From the IMG/VR virus record IMGVR_UViG_3300020469_000001, positions 32,001 through 96,000 of that record: a DNA stretch of 64,000 nt; one strand, written 5' to 3'. The translations under genes and the position numbers were made by a program. Numbering within the stretch: the first letter of the stretch is position 1; each line of letters begins with the position of its first letter. A model generated the notes under the pieces. It ran no database searches, was not told where the DNA came from, and saw only the letters and a list, made by a program, of their open reading frames with translations. Shown piece by piece: positions 9,855-18,712 of this stretch. This DNA is from a virus.

Positions 9855-10430
9855 CTAGTAGCCTTGGCCACCTGGATTATCCTGCAAAGTGTCTAATTGA
9901 CCTCTCCACAGACCTTCCTTATTCACTTTGTTTCCATGGCTAAAAAACCAAGGTAACCCAGTAACATAAGTATTTAAGATCCTCTCGAGTCGAGTTTTAT
10001 GCTCTATCTTCACTGTGCATCTATACAGCTTTTTACAACTGTAATCGACAACATATAAACCGCCAAACAGGCCGTCATTATTTTCTAATTTTCTTGCTTC
10101 GTCTAAATTCTTAACACAAATGGTATTGAAAGTGTCATGTCCAAATTGAAATGACTGTGCGTTGTTATTTGCGTCTCGAGTGATCGTTATTACTTCATTA
10201 CGAACGCTAATTGTATGTGCATCAGCCCAGATACAGAACGGTTGTAAACCTATAGCTTGTTGGTTAGTTCTGCTTTGTCCTTCTAATTTTTCCCATGTTT
10301 CTTTTTTGAAGAATCTAGTATTTCCTCTTCTAGAGAATAAGTCACCATACAACACTGGCACTTCCCTATCATTTGGAACTGCGTTATCGTTGTAAAATGC
10401 TCTTGCTATTTGATATGGTGTTTTTTGCAT
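9855..10430 (-). CDS. Hypothetical protein
   Basis: 191-aa ORF with a weak RBS. Confidence 0.6.
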   Translation of the reverse strand: MQKTPYQIARAFYNDNAVPNDREVPVLYGDLFSRRGNTRFFKKETWEKLEGQSRTNQQAIGLQPFCIWADAHTISVRNEVITITRDANNNAQSFQFGHDTFNTICVKNLDEARKLENNDGLFGGLYVVDYSCKKLYRCTVKIEHKTRLERILNTYVTGLPWFFSHGNKVNKEGLWRGQLDTLQDNPGGQGY

Positions 10431-10554
10431 AATTCTTTGTAGAAGGGCGGATTGGAGACCCCTCGATATTTTTCCGTGTCATGATATAATATCATGCTTT
10501 TGCGTTTAGTATAAGGTCATCCAATCCTAAATTGTTGATCACCTCCTCGGTAAA

Positions 10555-10728
10555 CTACTTGCAGGGTTTGTTTCTTTTACGAATTCCTGACTGTAAAGCT
10601 TTTGGTAATTTTTTCTGCGCTGCAGATAAACAAGGTTTGAGTCCGCTCATACCTTTTTTCTTTTTACCTTTTCCTTTCTTCTTTGGTCGGCCTCTTTTAG
10701 AGCCGTAAGTTCCTTTGCCTCTTGGCAT
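10555..10728 (-). CDS. Small basic protein with an AT-hook-like GRP motif (not in the ORF track)
   Basis: MPRGKGTYGSKRGRPKKKGKGKKKKG... 57 aa, GGAG RBS. Confidence 0.7.
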   Translation of the reverse strand: MPRGKGTYGSKRGRPKKKGKGKKKKGMSGLKPCLSAAQKKLPKALQSGIRKRNKPCK

Positions 10729-10739
10729 ACTTCATCTCC

Positions 10740-10928
10740 CTAAGTCCAACGAGGTGGCTCGTCTGGACACTCAGCCCATCGTAGTTTTGTTTTGAGGGGC
10801 ATAAAACAGTGACAAATCTTACAAGTTTTCCAAAACTTACTATAGTTTGGACACTGTTCACAAATCTTTAATCTTTCTTTATGTGACTTTTTATTCGAAG
10901 TCCGCGTACCAATTCGTTCCATATTCAT
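10740..10928 (-). CDS. Small Cys-rich (Zn-binding) protein
   Basis: C..C, C..C.C and CP...W pattern. Confidence 0.65.
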   Translation of the reverse strand: MNMERIGTRTSNKKSHKERLKICEQCPNYSKFWKTCKICHCFMPLKTKLRWAECPDEPPRWT

Positions 10929-11394
10929 TTAATTTATTAGTCCACCATTCTTCGTTATGTAGACTTACATGAAAATTAGTACCATCACTAAACTTTTTAA
11001 TTGCTGGTTTAGTATCAATATGAAAATACACAGAGTTTCCTAAAAAGAATATTGAGTGTAGTACACTATCGACTTCTTCTGGTAGTATGTGTTCCATCAC
11101 ATCTACACATAGTACTAAATCGAAAAAGTTACATTTATATCCTGCTAGTTTATTATACTTAGCTACGTAAGGATCGTATAGTGTTGGCATTGGTATACCC
11201 CAATCTTCGTGTACATTCTGTCGAGTGTACTGCCAACCTTTACCACAACCAAAGTCTAAAACATTGACAGGATTTACTCTGTCTATAACTTTCTTAATTA
11301 TATCTTTGTTCTTTACTGTTGTTCTACCACTCATTGTAGTAGTGTTTTCATGAACCCAGACATACTCTTTAGCAAGTCTTTCCTTATCGATCAT
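10891..11394 (-). CDS. Class I SAM-dependent methyltransferase
   Basis: VLDFGCGKG and FDLVLCVDVMEHI. Confidence 0.85.
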   Translation of the reverse strand: MIDKERLAKEYVWVHENTTTMSGRTTVKNKDIIKKVIDRVNPVNVLDFGCGKGWQYTRQNVHEDWGIPMPTLYDPYVAKYNKLAGYKCNFFDLVLCVDVMEHILPEEVDSVLHSIFFLGNSVYFHIDTKPAIKKFSDGTNFHVSLHNEEWWTNKLNEYGTNWYADFE

Positions 11395-11549
11395 CTTGTT
11401 CTTTTACGATTAGGGTTGTGTGATCTTCTCTTTAAATTTTTCTTTCTAGCAAGTAATCTTTTCATTCTGCTAGTAAGTTCTGGAGACTCATTCTTTTCTT
11501 CTGAGTGCTCCACTGCCTTTTTCAAGGCTTCTTTTATTTCGTTAGCCAT
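11391..11549 (-). CDS. Small protein with a basic C-terminus (not in the ORF track)
   Basis: MANEIKEALKK...RKKNLKRRSHNPNRKRTR, 52 aa, overlaps both neighbours. Confidence 0.55.
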   Translation of the reverse strand: MANEIKEALKKAVEHSEEKNESPELTSRMKRLLARKKNLKRRSHNPNRKRTR

Positions 11550-11716
11550 GTAAGTGCTTCCTGTTTAGTTTTAAATATTTGGTGGTCTATTCCATCTCCT
11601 TTTAGATGCCATAGTCCTCTTTTTTCATAAAGTTCTACACCTTCAGGTACTTCTGTTTTTACCTTTTTCATTTTAGGTGCTTTTGTTATATCTTTTTTAG
11701 AATAATCTAATTCCAT
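11534..11716 (-). CDS. Hypothetical protein
   Basis: 60 aa, AGGAG RBS. Confidence 0.55.
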   Translation of the reverse strand: MELDYSKKDITKAPKMKKVKTEVPEGVELYEKRGLWHLKGDGIDHQIFKTKQEALTWLTK

Positions 11717-11725
11717 TGTTTTCTC

Positions 11726-11923
11726 CTATGAGTGCATACTCCATATTGTAAATATGACGGTTGCTGCTCCGACAATAACCCCACCAGCTGCAGAAATCAG
11801 TATTGTTTCTACACGCTTTAAGCTATTATCCATGTCGTCAAAGCGGTTAAATGCAGTTTTCCATCGCTCCGCGCAGACTGCTTCATGCCTAGCTAGATCG
11901 TTTGCCACTTGTTCAGCGTCCAT
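11726..11923 (-). CDS. Small coiled-coil + C-terminal TM protein (XhlA/holin-like)
   Basis: HEAVCAERW motif and hydrophobic C-terminus. Confidence 0.6.
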   Translation of the reverse strand: MDAEQVANDLARHEAVCAERWKTAFNRFDDMDNSLKRVETILISAAGGVIVGAATVIFTIWSMHS

Positions 11924-11965
11924 TTGTTACTCCCTTTTCTTAACTTTTGTATTAAATACATGATA

Positions 11966-11994
11966 ATTATATCAAATTACCAACCTGATGTCAA
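11966..11994 (-). promoter_or_regulatory. sigma70-type promoter
   Basis: TTGACA-N17-TATAAT. Confidence 0.75.
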
Positions 11995-11997
11995 GTA

Positions 11998-13782
11998 CTA
12001 TTTTCGTATGGTATAGATTTTTACAGGTTCTGACTTACCTTTTACAGTTACCTCGTCAAGAAACTCATAATCATAACCATCTACTAAACTGTGCTCAGAT
12101 ATAATTAAGTCAGCATCATATTCTTTACAGCTAGATTCTAGTCTAGCAGCCAGATTGACGCTATCACCAAGAACGCTGTAATCAAAGCGAGTGCTGCTGC
12201 CAAAGTTTCCAACGACACAGTCCCCGGTGTTGATTCCCGCTCCTGTATTAATCTCATCCAAGCCTTCTTCTCTGAGTTTTTCATTTAACTCCTCCAATGC
12301 CACTCTCATTTCGAGAGCTGCCTTTGTTGCATTTTCGACATGATTCTCGTCTGGACACGGCGCTCCCCAAAATGCCATGATGCAATCTCCCATATATTTG
12401 TCTATTGTTCCCCCATGCTTGAGAATAATCTCAGTCTGATTATCAAGGAAACGATTAATGAGGCTCGTAAGTCCTTGTGGATTCTTTTGGTATTTTTCCG
12501 AAATCGGGGTAAATCCTCGTATATCAGAAAAAAGAAAAGTGAGTCGTGAAGTTAACCCACCCAATCTCAGTAATGTTGGGTCGTCCTGTAATTTTTTTAC
12601 TAAGTCGGGACTAACGTATGTCCCAAATTGTTGTTTGATTCGAAGTTTCTGTTGATACTCCGATAGGAAACTCAGAAAGGTATGAATACTCCAAAAGAGA
12701 ACGGATATAATTACGATTCCACTAACGTCAAGCAAGTAAGAAGATTTATATAGATGCCAGGCTCCATATAAACTTCCTCCAGTTATCAGTAATAGTGCGG
12801 GAACGGAAAGCCAGACTGACCTTGATGCAAAAGCAAGTATTATCAGTGCTAGTAGTGTTGCGATGATTTCTGCTCCTGTAGCCCAAGTTGGTTGGCTAGG
12901 TGCGGTTCCTGTAATTAGATTGTGTAGAATGTTCGCTTGGATTTCGTGTGGGTATTTAGCCCCCGCAGGGGTCGGCACTGGGTTAGTTATACCCTCTGCA
13001 GTCGTGCCGAATATAACGAACGGAGCTTCTATTGGTTTCTTAAGAAACTCCAGTCCGCTTTGTTTGTAAAACTTCGTATTCCAATTTAAAAAGATACGAC
13101 CATTCGCATCTGTATTCATCAGTGGGTAGTTTGGGATTCTTATCCAATCAATACCTTCTGGTGTTGTTTTTAGCTGGTACGAAGGATCGTTTACGGCGAC
13201 TCTTAAGAGTTCCAAGGCGAAACTCGGGTAAAGTTTTGACTGCACGTTTACGACTAGGGGAATGCGACGAGTAACCCCGTCTATTTCCGGCGTAGCGGTT
13301 ACTACTCCGATTCCCTTTGTTTTTGACTCCAGCGTAGACGCGGTAGGTAAAATTCCTGGTAGTTCGAATAGCCATGGTAATGGGTCCTCTCCTAACTGAG
13401 CAGTACCTACATGAGGGTTTGTCCCAGTTACTTGTGTCGATGCTGCTGAAGCAAGGACTGTTGGTATGTATTGCATTCGCATAGCAAAGTAATTATCATA
13501 ATCTTTGCCACGAATGTCGGGGTTTGGCATCAAGATTGTAAAACCTGGTACGGCCTGTGTAGTAGTGATTAAGTCACCAAACACTGACCTAGGTAATGGC
13601 CATCCGCCATAAGTCTGTAGAAAATCTTCATCAAGATCAACTATCAGAATGTTCTCGTTCTGTACTGGTTCGGTATTCATGATTAAGTAGTCGTAACCAA
13701 TTAGTTCGACTCTTTGCATGACACCAGGATTCCATATAAGCAATCCCATAAACAGTACTATTGTGATAACTTTATTTAGCAC
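11998..13782 (-). CDS. CHASE2-domain membrane adenylate/guanylate cyclase (class III)
   Basis: CHASE2 (GGWPLPR, DGVTRRIPL, HEIQANIL), three TM helices, cyclase motifs FSDIRGFT, DKYMGDCIMAFWGAP and GDSVNLAARLES. Confidence 0.93.
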   Translation of the reverse strand: MLNKVITIVLFMGLLIWNPGVMQRVELIGYDYLIMNTEPVQNENILIVDLDEDFLQTYGGWPLPRSVFGDLITTTQAVPGFTILMPNPDIRGKDYDNYFAMRMQYIPTVLASAASTQVTGTNPHVGTAQLGEDPLPWLFELPGILPTASTLESKTKGIGVVTATPEIDGVTRRIPLVVNVQSKLYPSFALELLRVAVNDPSYQLKTTPEGIDWIRIPNYPLMNTDANGRIFLNWNTKFYKQSGLEFLKKPIEAPFVIFGTTAEGITNPVPTPAGAKYPHEIQANILHNLITGTAPSQPTWATGAEIIATLLALIILAFASRSVWLSVPALLLITGGSLYGAWHLYKSSYLLDVSGIVIISVLFWSIHTFLSFLSEYQQKLRIKQQFGTYVSPDLVKKLQDDPTLLRLGGLTSRLTFLFSDIRGFTPISEKYQKNPQGLTSLINRFLDNQTEIILKHGGTIDKYMGDCIMAFWGAPCPDENHVENATKAALEMRVALEELNEKLREEGLDEINTGAGINTGDCVVGNFGSSTRFDYSVLGDSVNLAARLESSCKEYDADLIISEHSLVDGYDYEFLDEVTVKGKSEPVKIYTIRK

Positions 13783-14318
13783 GATACATTTACGCCTGTA
13801 ATATGATGGTAATTAAAATCTCTGCATTCTGAAGCCTCTTCATACAAGTAAAAGTTTCTTATTATTACTGCTGCAAGAATCCAGTTTGTAAGCACCATTT
13901 GCTCCTCTTCTAAGTTAGCTGCTATAATTGGAGTTAATACAGATTTGTGTAGTAAAAATTCTGCAGCAGACGGCTTTTCCGGCAGTAAAAAGTTGGCTTC
14001 CTTTATGTGCGGGTTGTTTCTAGTAAACACATATGAAGTTGTCATGTCAACCGCATTGAGAATATAGTAAGCTCTTAGTGTTCTCTTAGTGGGTTCATTG
14101 TTTATCTTTATAAATCTAAGACGCTTTTTCTCAGCAGCTTCTATTTGAACAGAGTCTTGCTTCATCTGTTCATAGTTGAATGGAGTTTCAGGTAGTGTTA
14201 AATCTAAGCTATCCGCTTGATTGTTTGACGCTAATAGTAACATCGGCACCATTACCAACGACAACATTGTAAGCTTTGCCATCTTGTTCCAATATAATGT
14301 TATATCCAGTTTGTCCAT
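13776..14318 (-). CDS. Hypothetical exported/membrane protein (true start probably downstream of 14318)
   Basis: Signal-like hydrophobic segment; EANFLLP motif; overlaps the FecR-like gene. Confidence 0.55.
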   Translation of the reverse strand: MDKLDITLYWNKMAKLTMLSLVMVPMLLLASNNQADSLDLTLPETPFNYEQMKQDSVQIEAAEKKRLRFIKINNEPTKRTLRAYYILNAVDMTTSYVFTRNNPHIKEANFLLPEKPSAAEFLLHKSVLTPIIAANLEEEQMVLTNWILAAVIIRNFYLYEEASECRDFNYHHITGVNVSC

Positions 14319-15312
14319 TTATATCTAACCTTACACTTTGATTTACTTCTCGAATGAGAGTAAGAAACTCTGCATCTCCAAAAGTTGTAATCTGTGTGCT
14401 TGCATCTTGTCCGAATGTAGTACCTTTTAAATCTACAGGTGCTGCTCCAACGGATGCGAGTTCATTATTATCTAGTTCATCTACTGATTCTATTATTTCT
14501 AGTAGATCTTCCAGGAAGTTAGTTCCTAGGTAGTCTATGTCAAGTTCTCGAAAGTCTTCCTCTACTTCTAATAAGTCTACATCGAGCCCGTCGTAAGCGA
14601 GGTAGTCGATATCAAGAATATTAGTACCAGAGTCGTCACTTCCAGACGATCCCTCATTTTGTTGTATTTCTTCATTTTTCTTAGGTGGTGAGACAATCAA
14701 AAGATTGTCTATCAGATCTAGTGTTAAGTCGAGGATAACAGGTTTAGTAGGACTCTGTTCCCATACAGTTGTAACAGTAGATTGATACGGTTTATTTAGT
14801 ATTACCTGTCCTAAAGCAGTTGCTACTACAATCTCGCCAGAGGGCAGTCCGTTTGCATCTGGTAAGAGTATCACCAATGACTTACCGAACTCGTCAACGG
14901 TAACAGTAAAGTCTGTTCCTCGAATTGCGATTTGTGCTGTTGGTGTACTGATGTTGATATTCTGTTTGTTTATCTGTCCTATCTTACCAGTAATAAATCG
15001 AGCAGTGCCACTTGCAAATTGCATACTCATCTTTGACTTGTTTGGATTTGGGTCAAAGATTACTTCGTCTATAACAAGTTTGCTATGCTCTGTGAGTCGA
15101 ACTTGACTATCGTCTATGAATGTGATACCTAGTCGCCCATTAGCTGTACGCACATCATCCATTTGTTGAATGTCTTGTTCTAAAGTTGCAGGTAAGGTGT
15201 CATCTCGAATGACGGCACCTTGCCCGCGTAGTTCCGTGATTGCGCCTATATCAGCAAGAAGTGGATGTACCACCATCAGACTGAATAACACAGATGTTAC
15301 TGTTTGACGCAT
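14209..15312 (-). CDS. FecR-domain protein
   Basis: Signal peptide; D.VRT..G...I.F.D.S and TPTAQIAIRGTDF FecR motifs; acidic C-terminus. Confidence 0.85.
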   Translation of the reverse strand: MRQTVTSVLFSLMVVHPLLADIGAITELRGQGAVIRDDTLPATLEQDIQQMDDVRTANGRLGITFIDDSQVRLTEHSKLVIDEVIFDPNPNKSKMSMQFASGTARFITGKIGQINKQNINISTPTAQIAIRGTDFTVTVDEFGKSLVILLPDANGLPSGEIVVATALGQVILNKPYQSTVTTVWEQSPTKPVILDLTLDLIDNLLIVSPPKKNEEIQQNEGSSGSDDSGTNILDIDYLAYDGLDVDLLEVEEDFRELDIDYLGTNFLEDLLEIIESVDELDNNELASVGAAPVDLKGTTFGQDASTQITTFGDAEFLTLIREVNQSVRLDINGQTGYNIILEQDGKAYNVVVGNGADVTISVKQSSG

Positions 15313-15964
15313 CGCTCTCTATTTTTAACCAATCGAGTGCTAGTGTTGATTTTTGTTGTATTTCAATAGTATTTGTACTACCATTTAAATCCAAGTAAAA
15401 ATAACCTGCATCACTCGATGAGGCTCCTTGACCAGTTTTGGTCAATTCCATTGTATTACTATCTCCTAAGATATCCATATACGCAGTATAGTAGTCAGAG
15501 TCTATATCGAATGTTAAATCGTTACTGTCTCCGTCTAGTATTAGATCTAAGTCTAAATAACTTGCTCCTGCATTTTCACCGATGTCCCAATCAAAAACGT
15601 TTGAGCTACCTGTTACATCTACATTGATGTTTGCAAAGTCAACTGTATTTAGTCCTGTAGTATCCATAGAAAACTCGAATGTATTTGAATCTCCATCAAA
15701 TTCGAAGAAACCAGTAAAGTTTTCGCCTAATACACCGTCAGTTAGAAATTTATTTGAAGAACCAATCTGGTTAATATCCAATGTCCATGTACCACCGTTT
15801 AAGATAGCTTTTGTCATAGAACCGCTTGTTGCATCGTCACCACCAATAAGGTTGTTCGATCCTAGTTGCTCTAAGTCAATATTGACATTGTTTCCAGTTT
15901 GATCTATGTAAATTTCATTGTCTGCATATAAACCAAAGGATAGTAATAAAAGTAATATTCTCAT
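15251..15964 (-). CDS. Secreted curlin-like beta-repeat protein
   Basis: Signal peptide; repeated x.Q.G..N / GDSN units (IDQTGNN, LEQLGSNN, INQIGSSN, GDSN x3). Confidence 0.7.
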   Translation of the reverse strand: MRILLLLLSFGLYADNEIYIDQTGNNVNIDLEQLGSNNLIGGDDATSGSMTKAILNGGTWTLDINQIGSSNKFLTDGVLGENFTGFFEFDGDSNTFEFSMDTTGLNTVDFANINVDVTGSSNVFDWDIGENAGASYLDLDLILDGDSNDLTFDIDSDYYTAYMDILGDSNTMELTKTGQGASSSDAGYFYLDLNGSTNTIEIQQKSTLALDWLKIESDASNSNICVIQSDGGTSTSC

Positions 15965-16830
15965 TACTTCTCTCCCCAGTACTTCCAGTACCCTTTCTCT
16001 TTGCCGTCTTTTATCAATTGAACTACTGCAGTTTCAAGCGCTGCTTGTATTGCAATAGATTTACTTTCATTCATTGCAGTTCCGCTTTCAAACTCTACGA
16101 GCTTTGTGCCTTCTGCTATAAACCTAAAGAAGTCATTTGATACTCCGACAGAGAGTATTTTCTTTGACGTAAGGATTTCCATTAAGATCTCTCCTGTACT
16201 CACAGAAACTAGTCTTAATGAGACCACTACGGTATCCTCACGATATTGCTTGGAGTTACCAATGCCTAAATATCTAGCACCTATACCTCCTGTTAATAGA
16301 TTAGTGTTATAATCTACTATTCCCCCTTCAATGATTAATCCAGCAAACAGTAGTGGAAGCTGCTCGTCTTCATCATTAAAACTTTGTCTAGTCTGTCTTA
16401 TTAATTGTCTTTCTCTAGTTAAGTGGTCAAGGCCACCTCTTTCGACAACTTTGAAGAATCCAGACTGTTTGAGTGCTCTTATGAGGTATGTCTCGGGAGC
16501 CATAGTAACAGCAGTACTGAAACTAGCTATACCATCGACACTCTTTCTTTGTCCTGTTGAATCTGTAAATTTGTATACGGCCACCACGGGATATCGTGAT
16601 GGTTGTGGAATTGTTTTAATTGCATCTGTAACTGGCGTATTGATAATAGCATCTCCAGAAAAGCATTGCGCTTTTCCGATAATAGTTACAACATCTTTAT
16701 AGTCTTCGTCTGGATTTGTTAAGCAAGGTGACACATATTTGTAATGTGTAAAGTTTGCACAACTAGCCAGTAGGAAAACCGAAGTCGCCAATAGGGATTG
16801 TAATGACAGTCGTTTCACCAGTAGCCTCAT
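15964..16830 (-). CDS. csgG: Curli secretion channel CsgG-family lipoprotein
   Basis: Lipobox LASC; VAVYKFTD.TGQRK, FSTAVT, VVER.GL..L..ERQLIR and GGIGARYLGIG. Confidence 0.9.
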   Translation of the reverse strand: MRLLVKRLSLQSLLATSVFLLASCANFTHYKYVSPCLTNPDEDYKDVVTIIGKAQCFSGDAIINTPVTDAIKTIPQPSRYPVVAVYKFTDSTGQRKSVDGIASFSTAVTMAPETYLIRALKQSGFFKVVERGGLDHLTRERQLIRQTRQSFNDEDEQLPLLFAGLIIEGGIVDYNTNLLTGGIGARYLGIGNSKQYREDTVVVSLRLVSVSTGEILMEILTSKKILSVGVSNDFFRFIAEGTKLVEFESGTAMNESKSIAIQAALETAVVQLIKDGKEKGYWKYWGEK

Positions 16831-17257
16831 TAAATATGGTCATTGTAATTGATATACCATCTGATGTCCATGTAATCAGATTATCAAACAACATGAATGA
16901 TCCTTCCGATGCAGGGTTTTCTCCGAACAACTGGTCTACTAGCTGTCGAGATAACTGTGCGTATACTCTACTCTCAAAGTTCTTTATAAATCTTGCGAGA
17001 GTACTATTATTTTCCTCTCGTTCTGCGGCTTCTTTGAGTGCTTTAATTTCTGCGGCGATTGCCTCTTTTCTTGACATCTCTTGTGAGTCAATTGTAAGAT
17101 AGTGGCTAGATGTACCTACACCACTGAATGAAGGATTTTTAAATCCAAACTTTATTTCATCCGCGTTTAAGTCTGCTGCAATTGCTATAAAGCTTAATAT
17201 AAATAAAGCTCCTATAACACTATTTGCAACTCTGTTATTTAGTTTTCTTTCGTTCAT
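16763..17257 (-). CDS. csgF: Curli assembly component CsgF-like
   Basis: Signal peptide then F.FKNPSFSG.G; ESRVYAQLSRQL; directly upstream of csgG. Confidence 0.8.
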   Translation of the reverse strand: MNERKLNNRVANSVIGALFILSFIAIAADLNADEIKFGFKNPSFSGVGTSSHYLTIDSQEMSRKEAIAAEIKALKEAAEREENNSTLARFIKNFESRVYAQLSRQLVDQLFGENPASEGSFMLFDNLITWTSDGISITMTIFNEATGETTVITIPIGDFGFPTG

Positions 17258-17498
17258 TTTCTTTTAACTGTAAAACTGTGTCCAGTTTCTTTTGCAGTCG
17301 TATCATGTCATTATCCAACATTCTTATCTGGTCGATAAGTTGTAGTATGGTAATTTTCATTTCTTCGATTGCTGGGTCTATCTTCTCGGTCACTGTAGTC
17401 CATACGAAGTATACGAAATATCCAAGTCCAACCATTGCAACAACTGGAAATCCAAATTGTTGTATGGCATCAATCACGTCTTGCATCGATACTCCCAC
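17235..17498 (-). CDS. Small membrane protein (paralog of the next ORF)
   Basis: GFPVVA..GLGYF TM; LIDQIRMLDNDMIR. Confidence 0.65.
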   Translation of the reverse strand: MGVSMQDVIDAIQQFGFPVVAMVGLGYFVYFVWTTVTEKIDPAIEEMKITILQLIDQIRMLDNDMIRLQKKLDTVLQLKENERKKTK

Positions 17499-17766
17499 TT
17501 TCTACAAAGTTTTCTGCTCTTGCTATTTTTTCTAAGTCTGGTGCAAGTCCCAGCGCGGATGATACACTCATATCTATTTTAATCATATCATTGTTCATAA
17601 CTTTGATACGAGTAATTAACATCTTAGAGATTCCTCGAACTTCTTCTGTATCTCCAACAACGTCATCCATAATCTTTCTTATGATGAGAAATATAAAACC
17701 ACCCATAAACAGTGCTGCAGCGATAGGTGCTCCAACTTGTCCGATTACGTCAAATATCTCACTCAT
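17470..17766 (-). CDS. Small membrane protein
   Basis: GAPIAAALFMGGF TM; LITRIKVMNNDMIK. Confidence 0.65.
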   Translation of the reverse strand: MSEIFDVIGQVGAPIAAALFMGGFIFLIIRKIMDDVVGDTEEVRGISKMLITRIKVMNNDMIKIDMSVSSALGLAPDLEKIARAENFVESGSIDARRD

Positions 17767-18002
17767 AAGTACTTAATCATTTCTTGATTGATTGCCATAC
17801 ATCCAAACATGCCAAATAGTACAGTAACCTGTATAATACTTGCATAAGTAATTTGTCTCATTGGATGCATATCTGTTAACTTCTCTATCATGCTTTCTGA
17901 TGGCGATAGGTTAACTATTTGTAATGCTTTCCTAGAAGCCGATGCTTTCTCCGCATCCGCATCTATATGTTTCTTTTGGGTTGTTAAATCTGAATTCTTC
18001 AT
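17763..18002 (-). CDS. Hypothetical membrane protein
   Basis: 79 aa with a C-terminal TM. Confidence 0.55.
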   Translation of the reverse strand: MKNSDLTTQKKHIDADAEKASASRKALQIVNLSPSESMIEKLTDMHPMRQITYASIIQVTVLFGMFGCMAINQEMIKYL

Positions 18003-18249
18003 TTAGTCCGTCCGTGTGCCAATCAATAGTCATGCCTTCTAAATAAGGCGCAGAGTTAGGGTCTACCCTAAATCTAATCTTGCCCCAATCTATTACCAGA
18101 TCATCTGAATAATTTTTAGGGTTAAAAGCAAAAAGATACTCCATACCACCGCAGCCACCCCCAGTAATACCAAGTCTAAAAACAAAGTTGTCTTCTGCGC
18201 TCGCTTTCTGTATAAGTTTAGTATACGCCTCATTAGTAATTTCTATCAT
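17932..18249 (-). CDS. iscA: A-type Fe-S carrier (IscA/HesB family)
   Basis: GGGCGG.EY and F.NP....CGCGES. Confidence 0.88.
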   Translation of the reverse strand: MIEITNEAYTKLIQKASAEDNFVFRLGITGGGCGGMEYLFAFNPKNYSDDLVIDWGKIRFRVDPNSAPYLEGMTIDWHTDGLNEEFRFNNPKETYRCGCGESIGF

Positions 18250-18295
18250 CTATCTAATTTAAATAGTCTCCAAACATTTTGTATTCTGCTTGCTT

Positions 18296-18712
18296 TCATA
18301 AATTTGTGTATTTTTCTGAACATTTATCCTCCCAGTTCTGAATAGCCTTTCTTATTGCGTCTTCGGCTAGAACTGAGCAGTGAATCTTTATTGGCGGCAA
18401 CTGTAGTGCCTCGGCAATATCTTTGTTCTTAATTTCTTTTGCTTCTTCTATAGTAAGTCCTTTTAACATATCTACAAACATTGTAGAAGACGCGATAGCT
18501 GAACCGCATCCATATGTTTTAAATTTTACATCAATGATTTTTTCTTGTTCGTCAAGTTTAAGTTGTAACTTCATGACATCACCACAAGCGGGTGCTCCTG
18601 TCATTCCTGTAGCTATATCGGGGTCGTTCGGGTCAAAACGGCCTACGCTAAATTGCTTAGGACTGTTCAGTACTCCTTCGAACCTTTCGATAACTTCTTT
18701 ACTATATGCCAA
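18296..18712 (-). CDS. iscU: Fe-S scaffold IscU
   Basis: GAPACGDVM, FKTYGCGSAIASS and LPPIKIHCSVLAEDAI. Confidence 0.95.
   Translation of the reverse strand: MAYSKEVIERFEGVLNSPKQFSVGRFDPNDPDIATGMTGAPACGDVMKLQLKLDEQEKIIDVKFKTYGCGSAIASSTMFVDMLKGLTIEEAKEIKNKDIAEALQLPPIKIHCSVLAEDAIRKAIQNWEDKCSEKYTNL

Noticed and set aside
10537-10547. 16S rRNA fragment (GATCACCTCCT)
   Set aside because: Only 11 nt match, with no flanking rRNA sequence.
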